DNA of 64,000 nucleotides from a virus (IMGVR_UViG_3300032301_000913:19176-83175), one strand, 5' to 3'; positions 7,539 to 13,956 are shown, counted from the first letter of the stretch. A program made the numbers and translations. The notes: generated by a model not told the origin, from the letters alone.

Positions 7539-7717
7539 TGACATTCGACCGAGCACAAGTCACCGAAGATTACATCCAGCAACTCATTGAGGGCATGGAT
7601 TATAAAACAATGGAGTGTCTGGTTTATGACACTCTGAAGGACAATCTTGCATCCTACACTGATGAAGAATTGATTACAGAGGTTACAGACTATTATCCAG
7701 AACTGTTGGGAGAATAA
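7538..7717 (+). CDS. 59-aa acidic hypothetical protein (MTFDRAQVTEDYIQQ...)
   Basis: read manually; TAATG coupling. Confidence 0.65.
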   Translation: MTFDRAQVTEDYIQQLIEGMDYKTMECLVYDTLKDNLASYTDEELITEVTDYYPELLGE

Positions 7718-7806
7718 AATCTAGTCTAGACAATCTCGTCGAGATCATGTACCAGTTACACAACCGGCCCACAGATCTCGACGAGACACACAATCTAAAC
7801 TAGATT
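7718..7806. repeat. palindromic operator-like cluster 2
   Basis: CTAGTCTAG 7721, CTCGTCGAG 7735, CTCGACGAG 7777, CTAAACTAG 7795, mostly flanked by AT...AT. Confidence 0.8.
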
Positions 7807-7832
7807 GCACACATACAAAACGCATCGAGATC

Positions 7833-8021
7833 ATGAGTACCGCAACAGTCACACCTATCTCGCGTAAAGCAAAGAATCGCTTCGCCAATCTTATGCAGTG
7901 TGATGGCACATGTATCATCGAGCAACACATAGGTGATCGTGTGTTTCTTACATCTGCAAATGGACGTAATCACTTCTGGGCAACACTTGACACAGACGCA
8001 CATTGGATGGTAGAATTATAA
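7833..8021 (+). CDS. small hypothetical protein (MSTATVTPISRKAKNRFANLM...)
   Basis: ORF track. Confidence 0.7.
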   Translation: MSTATVTPISRKAKNRFANLMQCDGTCIIEQHIGDRVFLTSANGRNHFWATLDTDAHWMVEL

Positions 8022-8112
8022 GACAAAGACGGAAGGGGTTTGCCGTCGCTCAATGTTAAAGTCACCCTGCGCGAACGAGAACAGATAATCTTAGCATAGG
8101 TGAGTGGTTCTT

Positions 8113-8145
8113 GTGGATCGGGGTGGTGCCTGATCCACTTTTTTT
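8113..8145 (+). terminator. intrinsic terminator
   Basis: GTGGATCG/TGATCCAC stem followed by T7. Confidence 0.8.
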
Positions 8146-8218
8146 AATTATTACATTTCATTATAACAGTAGCGTTATATGATAGGTTTTTTTAGATATT
8201 TATAAGTAAGCAGGTTCC

Positions 8219-8274
8219 GTGGCGATGGATTGTTCAGTAGAGATACCCTTCTCCCGTTGGTGCTGGTTGTCCCC
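8219..8274 (-). ncRNA. candidate small structured RNA, copy 1
   Basis: paralog of 10117-10170; leftward -10 TATCCT at 8277-8282; no ATG. Confidence 0.5.
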
Positions 8275-8310
8275 TTAGGATACAGCAAACTAGGACAGAA
8301 TCGCCACCCT

Positions 8311-8371
8311 TAGGACAGTCTGCACAGTGGCACAATGGCGCTGGATCTGACCCGTTCGGACGTGGCATCAT
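8311..8371 (+). promoter_or_regulatory. early promoter dyad TAGGACAGT-N6-AGTGGCAC, probably bidirectional
   Basis: rightward -10-like CATCAT 32 nt away; leftward TATCCT 28 nt away. Confidence 0.6.
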
Positions 8372-8416
8372 TCATTCAACGGCGCACCACTGACGCCGAC
8401 CACCACCACCAGACAA

Positions 8417-8893
8417 ATGACGAACGCCACCATGCAAGTTGTTATCAACGGTAACACTGTCGAAGGTACAGCGTCACAAATTGCTCTAATTATTGGCAAT
8501 TTTTCTGATGTAATGGGGCAAAAAGTTGCTCCTGTCACTATTACTCAGGAGGAGAAGTCTATCAAGTTTGTTGAGTTTTTTGGTGCAACGCTTGAGTCAC
8601 ACATTAAGGGTGGCAAGTTGTTTGTATCGGAACTCAACAAGTTGCGCCACCAAGGTAATGACTACCGCGCCATGATTCGTCTATACCACGACCTTGTAGA
8701 TGCTCCTACTAAAGGATGGGCAAAGCGCCGCCAGTTGTTGTTAACTACTAGCGCAATCTGGCGTTATACTTTCAAGGTTAACAAAGGCGGTCTTAAGTAT
8801 AAAATTGCCGCTGTTACAGAGTGTGAAGATTGTGGCGAATTTGCCAAATCTATGGTAGAGCGTATGATTGCTGAGAAACTCTGGGTTGCATAA
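8417..8893 (+). CDS. hypothetical protein
   Basis: ORF track; follows an early promoter. Confidence 0.75.
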   Translation: MTNATMQVVINGNTVEGTASQIALIIGNFSDVMGQKVAPVTITQEEKSIKFVEFFGATLESHIKGGKLFVSELNKLRHQGNDYRAMIRLYHDLVDAPTKGWAKRRQLLLTTSAIWRYTFKVNKGGLKYKIAAVTECEDCGEFAKSMVERMIAEKLWVA

Positions 8894-8976
8894 GCAACAC
8901 TGATCAGTCGGGGGGTGGCAACGCCCCCCTTCCGTGCTATTCTTTAGGAGTCAACCACCACCACCGGCACCGACCC

Positions 8977-9648
8977 ATGCAAGTCGCTCTCACCATCGCA
9001 TCCGGAAACTCTAAAACCGGTGTTATCCCAACTTCCATAAGTGAGCAATCATCCTGCGCTCCATCTTGTCCCTTTATTAATAAGGGTTGCTATGCAAAGT
9101 ATGGTCACCAGGTTATACACTGGCGCAAAGTTTCTAATACTGAGCGCGGTGTAGTTTGGGAGGAGTTTGTTACACTGATTCGCAAACTTTCCAAGGGTCA
9201 ACTATGGCGCCACAATGTCGCGGGTGATCTTCCCCACAATAATGGTGAGATTGATTATCTCAAACTGCGCCAACTGATTGATGCTAACCGTGGGCGTAAG
9301 GGTTACACTTACACACACCACACGCTAAATGATCACAACCGCGTGTGCTTAGAGAATGCAAACTCTATGGGGTTCACGGTTAACGTTAGCACCGAATCTA
9401 TTGAAGATGCTGACCGTGTGATGACTGAGTATAACCTACCCGCCACGGCAGTTGTTCACTCTGAAAAAACTGACCGATTCTATACAACAGAATCCGGTCG
9501 GAAAGTTATCACCTGCCCCGCTGCACTTTTCCCAGGTAAGGTAACCTGTGCAACTTGCGGTTTGTGTCAAGTAGCGGACCGCAAGTTCATTGTAGCGTTC
9601 CCCGCACATGGCACCGCTAAAAAGACAGTCAACCAGATCGTAGGTTGA
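8977..9648 (+). CDS. Cys-rich, radical-SAM-like phage protein (resembles DUF7227/gp88-like families)
   Basis: NSKTG..P, C-x3-C-x6-C, WRHNVAGD, YTYTH, CPA...TCATCGLC, FPAHG. Confidence 0.6.
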   Translation: MQVALTIASGNSKTGVIPTSISEQSSCAPSCPFINKGCYAKYGHQVIHWRKVSNTERGVVWEEFVTLIRKLSKGQLWRHNVAGDLPHNNGEIDYLKLRQLIDANRGRKGYTYTHHTLNDHNRVCLENANSMGFTVNVSTESIEDADRVMTEYNLPATAVVHSEKTDRFYTTESGRKVITCPAALFPGKVTCATCGLCQVADRKFIVAFPAHGTAKKTVNQIVG

Positions 9649-9656
9649 TAACATTT

Positions 9657-9684
9657 AAGGGGGGGCAATCCTCCCCCTTTTTTT
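9657..9684. terminator. intrinsic terminator, G/C hairpin plus T7
   Basis: AAGGGGG.../...CCCCCTT then T-run. Confidence 0.75.
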
Positions 9685-9767
9685 ATATTTTATCCCCACC
9701 TAAAATAGGGTCTGCCTCTAATCTAGCACGGGACCCGGACCCCTTGTCAACCCATAAAACCCCAGCA

Positions 9768-9828
9768 GTGGACAGTCTGCACAGTGGCACAATGGCGCTG
9801 GACTTAACTGGTTTCCCGGTGGTATTGT
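9768..9828 (+). promoter_or_regulatory. early promoter: dyad GTGGACAGT-N6-AGTGGCAC, -10 TATTGT
   Basis: 32 nt gap; 9751-9846 is a near-copy of 10192-10285; the left part matches 8313-8345. Confidence 0.75.
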
Positions 9829-9854
9829 ATGGGAGTCAACCACCACCGGCACCA

Positions 9855-10043
9855 ATGGCAACCGTATTGACTGGCGAAGCGATCAATTCCTTCCGCGCTA
9901 AAGTGTTATTGGGGGCACTTAAGTTAGAGTGCCTGGGTATGAAAAAAAGTGGACCGTCAGCATACTCTATCGCTAAAAAGGAGTATAACCTAAAAGGAAG
10001 CAAGCAGAGTGTATACAATCAACTTAAATCTATCATCGGTTGA
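9855..10043 (+). CDS. small basic hypothetical protein (MATVLTGEAINSFRAK...)
   Basis: ATG after the promoter leader; 3' part of track ORF 9645..10043. Confidence 0.65.
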   Translation: MATVLTGEAINSFRAKVLLGALKLECLGMKKSGPSAYSIAKKEYNLKGSKQSVYNQLKSIIG

Positions 10044-10051
10044 GTATACTT

Positions 10052-10080
10052 AAGGGGGGCAACATCTGCCCCCTTTTTTT
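10052..10080. terminator. intrinsic terminator
   Basis: GGGGGC/GCCCCC stem plus T7. Confidence 0.8.
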
Positions 10081-10116
10081 ATACTTACTTGTAACAATTA
10101 TTTTATGGCAGGGGCG

Positions 10117-10170
10117 GTGGCGATAGTTGGTCAACCGGCGACCCTGCCGGTGTTGGTGCTGATTGTCCCC
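10117..10170 (-). ncRNA. candidate small structured RNA, copy 2
   Basis: paralog of 8219-8274; leftward -10 TAGAAT at 10173-10178; no ATG. Confidence 0.5.
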
Positions 10171-10208
10171 ATATTCTACAGGCCCGCGATGCCCATAAAA
10201 CCCCAGCA

Positions 10209-10269
10209 GTGGACACTCAAAAAATTGGCACAAGGTCGGCAGACTTAACTGGTTCCCCGGTGGTATTGT
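10209..10269 (+). promoter_or_regulatory. bidirectional early promoter dyad GTGGACACT-N6-ATTGGCAC
   Basis: rightward TATTGT 32 nt away; leftward TAGAAT 30 nt away. Confidence 0.7.
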
Positions 10270-10295
10270 ATGGGAGTCCACCACACCAGACACCA

Positions 10296-10493
10296 ATGGC
10301 ACTACTCTCTCAGGCATCCGATCTTAAGACCCGTCAGCGGGTCTGGGTCAGCACCAACACTAGCACGGGTGAACAGACACACTCACATAGTGAAGGTGAT
10401 TATTTTCACTATGATGGCATGAGCGCTGCCACCATCGCGGGCATGAGTGCTCATGCCCACTGTAAGGATGTTAAGGGTATTGTGTGGGGGTGA
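10296..10493 (+). CDS. small hypothetical protein (MALLSQASDLKTRQRVWV...)
   Basis: ATG after the promoter leader. Confidence 0.65.
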   Translation: MALLSQASDLKTRQRVWVSTNTSTGEQTHSHSEGDYFHYDGMSAATIAGMSAHAHCKDVKGIVWG

Positions 10494-10537
10494 CCTAATT
10501 CCATGCTATGATTCTCAAGTCCCCCACCATTGGCACC

Positions 10538-10726
10538 ATGAGCACCACCTTTCCTCAGATCCTTTGGAACTGCACCAACCCCGACAATGGCACCATACAG
10601 TGGTCCACTGCTTGTCAGGCGGCAAAGGAGCACGGTCTTTGGGATGATTTCCGGACCGATTACGGTACTACTGCATCCTTTGGGGGAGTGGATACCGGCG
10701 AATTTTTAGTCTGGTTAGGATATTAA
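10538..10726 (+). CDS. small hypothetical protein (MSTTFPQILWNC...)
   Basis: follows -10 TATGAT; within track ORF 10508..10726. Confidence 0.65.
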   Translation: MSTTFPQILWNCTNPDNGTIQWSTACQAAKEHGLWDDFRTDYGTTASFGGVDTGEFLVWLGY

Positions 10727-10796
10727 TTTCAACCGGGGGGCACCATTGCCCCCCATCCGTGCTACAATTTAGAAGTCCCCACCACTGACCCGACCG

Positions 10797-11048
10797 ATGA
10801 ATTTCTCCGATCTCACCTTCTACAATCACCCGATCAGAGGCGCCACTAGGGCAGAATATACTTTCCGTAACAATTGGACTATTTCAGTTGTATCTGGTCC
10901 GAAGGATTCGGGACTCTACGGTGATATTGAGCACGACACTTTTGAGGTTGCTGTGATGCGCTCCAATGGCAATATGCTTGATGATGTCTTCAATTGGCAG
11001 ACTCCAGTTCAGATCACTACACTAATGCACCTAATTGAGATGCTGTAA
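10797..11048 (+). CDS. conserved-type phage hypothetical protein (F.N..T.SV....GLYG....FEVAV)
   Basis: ORF track; follows -10 TACAAT. Confidence 0.75.
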   Translation: MNFSDLTFYNHPIRGATRAEYTFRNNWTISVVSGPKDSGLYGDIEHDTFEVAVMRSNGNMLDDVFNWQTPVQITTLMHLIEML

Positions 11049-11056
11049 AGTATTAA

Positions 11057-11096
11057 AATCTCGACTAGATTGCGCCCATACAATCTCGTCGAGATG
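11057..11096. repeat. palindromic operator-like cluster 3
   Basis: AATCTCGACTAGATT 11057-11071 (identical to 4097-4111); CTCGTCGAG 11085. Confidence 0.8.
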
Positions 11097-11138
11097 CGCA
11101 CACATTTCACACATTAACATCTCGAACACATTCACACA

Positions 11139-11297
11139 ATGAACATTCAAGCGCTTAATTCACGCGAACTAGACGCCATATATGATGCGCTACGTATGCA
11201 TATTCAGTGTATAGATGATGATGACATTATAGATGTATGTCACAATATTATTAGTAAGATGCACATACATTGTATAATGAATCCGGATGAAGTATGA
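11139..11297 (+). CDS. 52-aa hypothetical protein (MNIQALNSRELDAIY...)
   Basis: read manually. Confidence 0.55.
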   Translation: MNIQALNSRELDAIYDALRMHIQCIDDDDIIDVCHNIISKMHIHCIMNPDEV

Positions 11298-11302
11298 ATT
11301 AT

Positions 11303-11550
11303 AAAGTATAAAGAATTAAGAATGAATCAATAGTAGTTCTTAATTCTTTATACTTAATCCTGAGTATTAAGAATTACACAGGATTGAATGTAAGTTATTG
11401 TCAGTGGTGTGGTTTATTCTTTACATTCAGTCCTGTCTAATTCTTTATACTTAGTGCTGTTTAATTCTTTATACTTAGTGCTGTTTAATTAGATTTAATC
11501 AGTGCTGTTTAATTCTTTATACTTAGTGCTGTCTAATTCTTATTACTTAG
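11303..11550. repeat. AT-rich iteron-like array: five tandem 24-bp units plus inverted copies
   Basis: consensus TGCTGTTTAATTCTTTATACTTAG at 11431, 11455, 11479, 11503, 11527; inverted copies around 11303-11321 and 11360-11394. Confidence 0.9.
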
Positions 11551-11561
11551 TGGGATCCGGG

Positions 11562-11591
11562 AGGGTACAGTAGCGGGTGCCGATCTGTCAA
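11562..11591 (-). promoter_or_regulatory. leftward promoter TTGACA-N18-TACCCT pointing into the repeat array
   Basis: reverse complement of 11562-11591. Confidence 0.5.
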
Positions 11592-11660
11592 GATGTGATC
11601 GATCAGAATATCTTATCTAATAAGTTTCGATTTTTGTATCAAGGCGATACAGTTTACCGG

Positions 11661-11689
11661 TTGACCGATTCGGCATTGCCGCCTAATCT
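11661..11689 (+). promoter_or_regulatory. sigma70-type promoter TTGACC-N17-TAATCT
   Basis: -35 at 11661-11666, -10 at 11684-11689. Confidence 0.7.
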
Positions 11690-11696
11690 AGGTTCG

Positions 11697-11804
11697 AACC
11701 TAGAAAACCTAATAAATGATCGGAGCGGTGCCGGAGGCATCGCTAGCAGCGGGTCGGGCGGGTCTACCGTTGCGCCGGTCATTTATTTACATAAATTCTA
11801 GGTT
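11697..11804 (+). ncRNA. candidate structured RNA or leader (three-way junction on a long interrupted stem)
   Basis: AACCTAGAA/TTCTAGGTT, 13-bp, 9-bp and 7-bp helices; begins at the predicted TSS. Confidence 0.6.
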
Positions 11805-11843
11805 TAGTTTAGTTTACACTCTGTCCTTTCAGTTCTTTTCACA

Positions 11844-12131
11844 ATGGATCTGCAAAACGCTTCCAAGGTTGTCGAACTTGACGCCAAGATTAAGAAACTT
11901 TCTGAGCAATTTGCTGCTCTTAAAGTGGATTTAATGCAGCAAATGATCGCTGAGAATCTTAGTGAGATTGTCATTAAGAGAAAAAAAGTTGTACTCTGCC
12001 ATCGCCAAAATAAAGACTTTGGCGCTGAAATTGCAGCAGCAGAGTTACAAATTAAAGCAGAGAAAAAGAAATTAGAAACTCTTGGAGAGTTTACAATCTC
12101 CAGCGTCACGAACTTCATTCAAGTTCGCTGA
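11844..12131 (+). CDS. coiled-coil hypothetical protein
   Basis: ORF track; helical, charged N-terminal half. Confidence 0.75.
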   Translation: MDLQNASKVVELDAKIKKLSEQFAALKVDLMQQMIAENLSEIVIKRKKVVLCHRQNKDFGAEIAAAELQIKAEKKKLETLGEFTISSVTNFIQVR

Positions 12132-12137
12132 CAATCA

Positions 12138-12159
12138 AGGGGGCGATCTTTCGCCCCCT
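12138..12159 (+). other. intercistronic GC hairpin without U-tract
   Basis: AGGGGGCGA/TCGCCCCCT. Confidence 0.6.
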
Positions 12160-12189
12160 ATTTCACCCTAACCCATTGCACTTATTATC

Positions 12190-12423
12190 ATGTTTCTTTA
12201 CAATCAAGGTCGCAACTTTTCTTCCGTTATGGTTAATCCAAACGGCGGTTACATCGTTATGGCAACTAATATCGCCAAAGGTGTGACGATTGAAGTATCA
12301 AATGTCATCGAATCTATTGAAACTGCTACATTGAGGGCGATGCGATTTGCCGGTCACAGTGTAAATCAACCGCTCGATCCTGATGCAGTTGAGCAATACC
12401 TTTCAGAACGATTAGGTTTCTGA
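12190..12423 (+). CDS. hypothetical protein
   Basis: ORF track. Confidence 0.7.
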   Translation: MFLYNQGRNFSSVMVNPNGGYIVMATNIAKGVTIEVSNVIESIETATLRAMRFAGHSVNQPLDPDAVEQYLSERLGF

Positions 12424-12425
12424 TC

Positions 12426-12460
12426 TACACTTAGGGGGAGACAATCTCCCCCCTTCATTC
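12426..12460 (+). repeat. 35-bp exact repeat, intercistronic hairpin, copy 1
   Basis: TACACTTAGGGGGAGACAATCTCCCCCCTTCATTC, identical to 12771-12805. Confidence 0.85.
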
Positions 12461-12486
12461 ACTCAAACCACCCACACTTTCTTCCC

Positions 12487-12768
12487 ATGCTTTCTACTTT
12501 CGACCAAAACTTTCAGAGAATTCGTGACGTTGAACAGTTTGCACTTAACGTCCTAGATTCTAAACTTAAGCGGGACGTTGATCCTATCGGTGAGGCAGAA
12601 TATCACTGCCAGGGTTATGCTGGCGAGGGCAATCCGCCGCACGATGTCATAATCGGTTGCCGAGTTAGTGTAACGCAGAAAGGCAAGTTACGCTCTGATT
12701 TTAAGTTGAATGGCAAGCGGATTGCCTGCCACAAGATTACACTTAGACTCGGAGAATTAGGAGTCTGA
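12487..12768 (+). CDS. hypothetical protein
   Basis: ORF track. Confidence 0.7.
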   Translation: MLSTFDQNFQRIRDVEQFALNVLDSKLKRDVDPIGEAEYHCQGYAGEGNPPHDVIIGCRVSVTQKGKLRSDFKLNGKRIACHKITLRLGELGV

Positions 12769-12770
12769 GT

Positions 12771-12805
12771 TACACTTAGGGGGAGACAATCTCCCCCCTT
12801 CATTC
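12771..12805 (+). repeat. 35-bp exact repeat, intercistronic hairpin, copy 2
   Basis: identical to 12426-12460. Confidence 0.85.
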
Positions 12806-12830
12806 TTACAAACCCATTGCACCTAAACTA

Positions 12831-12959
12831 ATGTTCACTATCCGCTACTTTGCTCCCTACGGTGGAGGTTGGCGCCTGCAATCGTTCGCCACAAAATGTG
12901 AAGCAGAGCGCATGATTCGCTTCTATAAATCATGCGGATCCCCGGCAAGTTTTGTATAA
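12831..12959 (+). CDS. 42-aa hypothetical protein (MFTIRYFAPYGGGWRLQSF...)
   Basis: read manually; same leader style as its neighbours. Confidence 0.6.
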   Translation: MFTIRYFAPYGGGWRLQSFATKCEAERMIRFYKSCGSPASFV

Positions 12960-13061
12960 TTGTTGTTAGTTAGTGGGGGCGCAGTTCTTATTAGATTGCG
13001 CCCCTATTCGTGATTGATCAGTATATCTGATCGGTCCATTCGTTCGTATTTGCAGTCCTTA

Positions 13062-13137
13062 TGGGTCGGCGGGATGGCGCCCCGCCGTGCCATGGGCGGT
13101 TTAAGCCCAAGGAACCTTCCCAATCTATAAACGACCC
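13062..13137. ncRNA. cloverleaf-shaped (tRNA-like geometry) element
   Basis: 7-bp closing stem TGGGTCG/CGACCCA enclosing two 5-bp stems with 7-nt loops; lacks canonical T-loop and CCA. Confidence 0.4.
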
Positions 13138-13256
13138 AGATCGACCTCGATATATCACTCTCTATAAAAATTCCGCGCCCCATAAAAATTCTCCCAGACC
13201 CACACAAAAATCAAAAATAATATATAAATTGAAATAGCAAATTTAAATACAAAAAG

Positions 13257-13430
13257 ATGAAAAAAAATTCCGGGGAAATTTTTGAGTCCGTACAGGTCGA
13301 TCCAATCAGTGGCGACTATTACCTCATAATTCCGGAGAGTATCGCCAATGAACTCTCATGGTACGAAGATACTGAAATTAGTTTTAAAGTCGAAGGAAAT
13401 GATGTTATCCTCACCGAACGCGCAGATTGA
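13257..13430 (+). CDS. AbrB/MazE-like small DNA-binding protein, 57 aa
   Basis: read manually: YYLIIPESIANELSWYEDTEISFKVEGNDVIL fits the SpoVT/AbrB pattern. Confidence 0.7.
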   Translation: MKKNSGEIFESVQVDPISGDYYLIIPESIANELSWYEDTEISFKVEGNDVILTERAD

Positions 13431-13455
13431 CAATTCATATATAATGAGGTATGAT
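13427..13455 (+). promoter_or_regulatory. host-like (middle-type) promoter TTGACA-N17-TATGAT
   Basis: near-consensus sigma70. Confidence 0.8.
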
Positions 13456-13479
13456 ACTTTAGTAATCACTTGAAATTTA

Positions 13480-13956
13480 ATGGAGTTGATTGAACGAATT
13501 AATAAAAATCTTCAAGATATTCTCAATGAAAATCATTGTTGGATATGGAATGGAACAAAAGATAAAAATGGTTATGGAATAATTTCACATAATAAAAAAT
13601 TATTTAAAGTTCATCGTTTACTGTATGAAATTCATTATGCAGAACCATTAAAATCATTACATTGCCTTCACAAATGTGATAATCCTTCTTGTGTAAATCC
13701 ATTACACTTACTTGCAGGAACAAACTTAGATAATGTAAGAGATAAAGTCAATAAGGGAAGATGTTATACTGGATACCAAAAAGGTGAAAGTAATGGATCA
13801 TCTAAACTCAAAGATGCTGATGTAATTGTAATTAGGAAGTTGTATAAGAGCAAAAATTATACAACTATTAAACTTGGAAAGATGTATAAAGTTCATCGCT
13901 CCACAATTTCTCACATCGTAAACAACAAAACTTATACGCATTTATTAGAGAATTAA
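13480..13956 (+). CDS. free-standing HNH homing endonuclease with C-terminal HTH
   Basis: CWIWNG..DKNGYG...HR...LHKCDNPSCVNPLHL..GT..DN. Confidence 0.9.
   Translation: MELIERINKNLQDILNENHCWIWNGTKDKNGYGIISHNKKLFKVHRLLYEIHYAEPLKSLHCLHKCDNPSCVNPLHLLAGTNLDNVRDKVNKGRCYTGYQKGESNGSSKLKDADVIVIRKLYKSKNYTTIKLGKMYKVHRSTISHIVNNKTYTHLLEN

Noticed and set aside
11431-11550. CRISPR array or repeat-protein ORF
   Set aside because: Units are directly tandem with no spacers; the minus-strand KYKELNST frame is broken by stops
11686-11703. tRNA gene suggested by GGTTCGAA
   Set aside because: The loop is 6 nt and no acceptor, D or anticodon arms surround it; it is a palindrome at a TSS
11577-11934. Track ORFs 11577..11801 and 11716..11934
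   Set aside because: They overlap divergent promoters and the RNA structure, use non-ATG starts and have atypical composition
13062-13137. Canonical tRNA (Phe or Lys)
   Set aside because: No TTC T-loop, non-canonical anticodon loop and no CCA; kept only as a tRNA-like candidate
13004-13207. Minus-strand 67-aa ORF
   Set aside because: GTG start, no RBS, and coincides with hairpin-rich non-coding sequence
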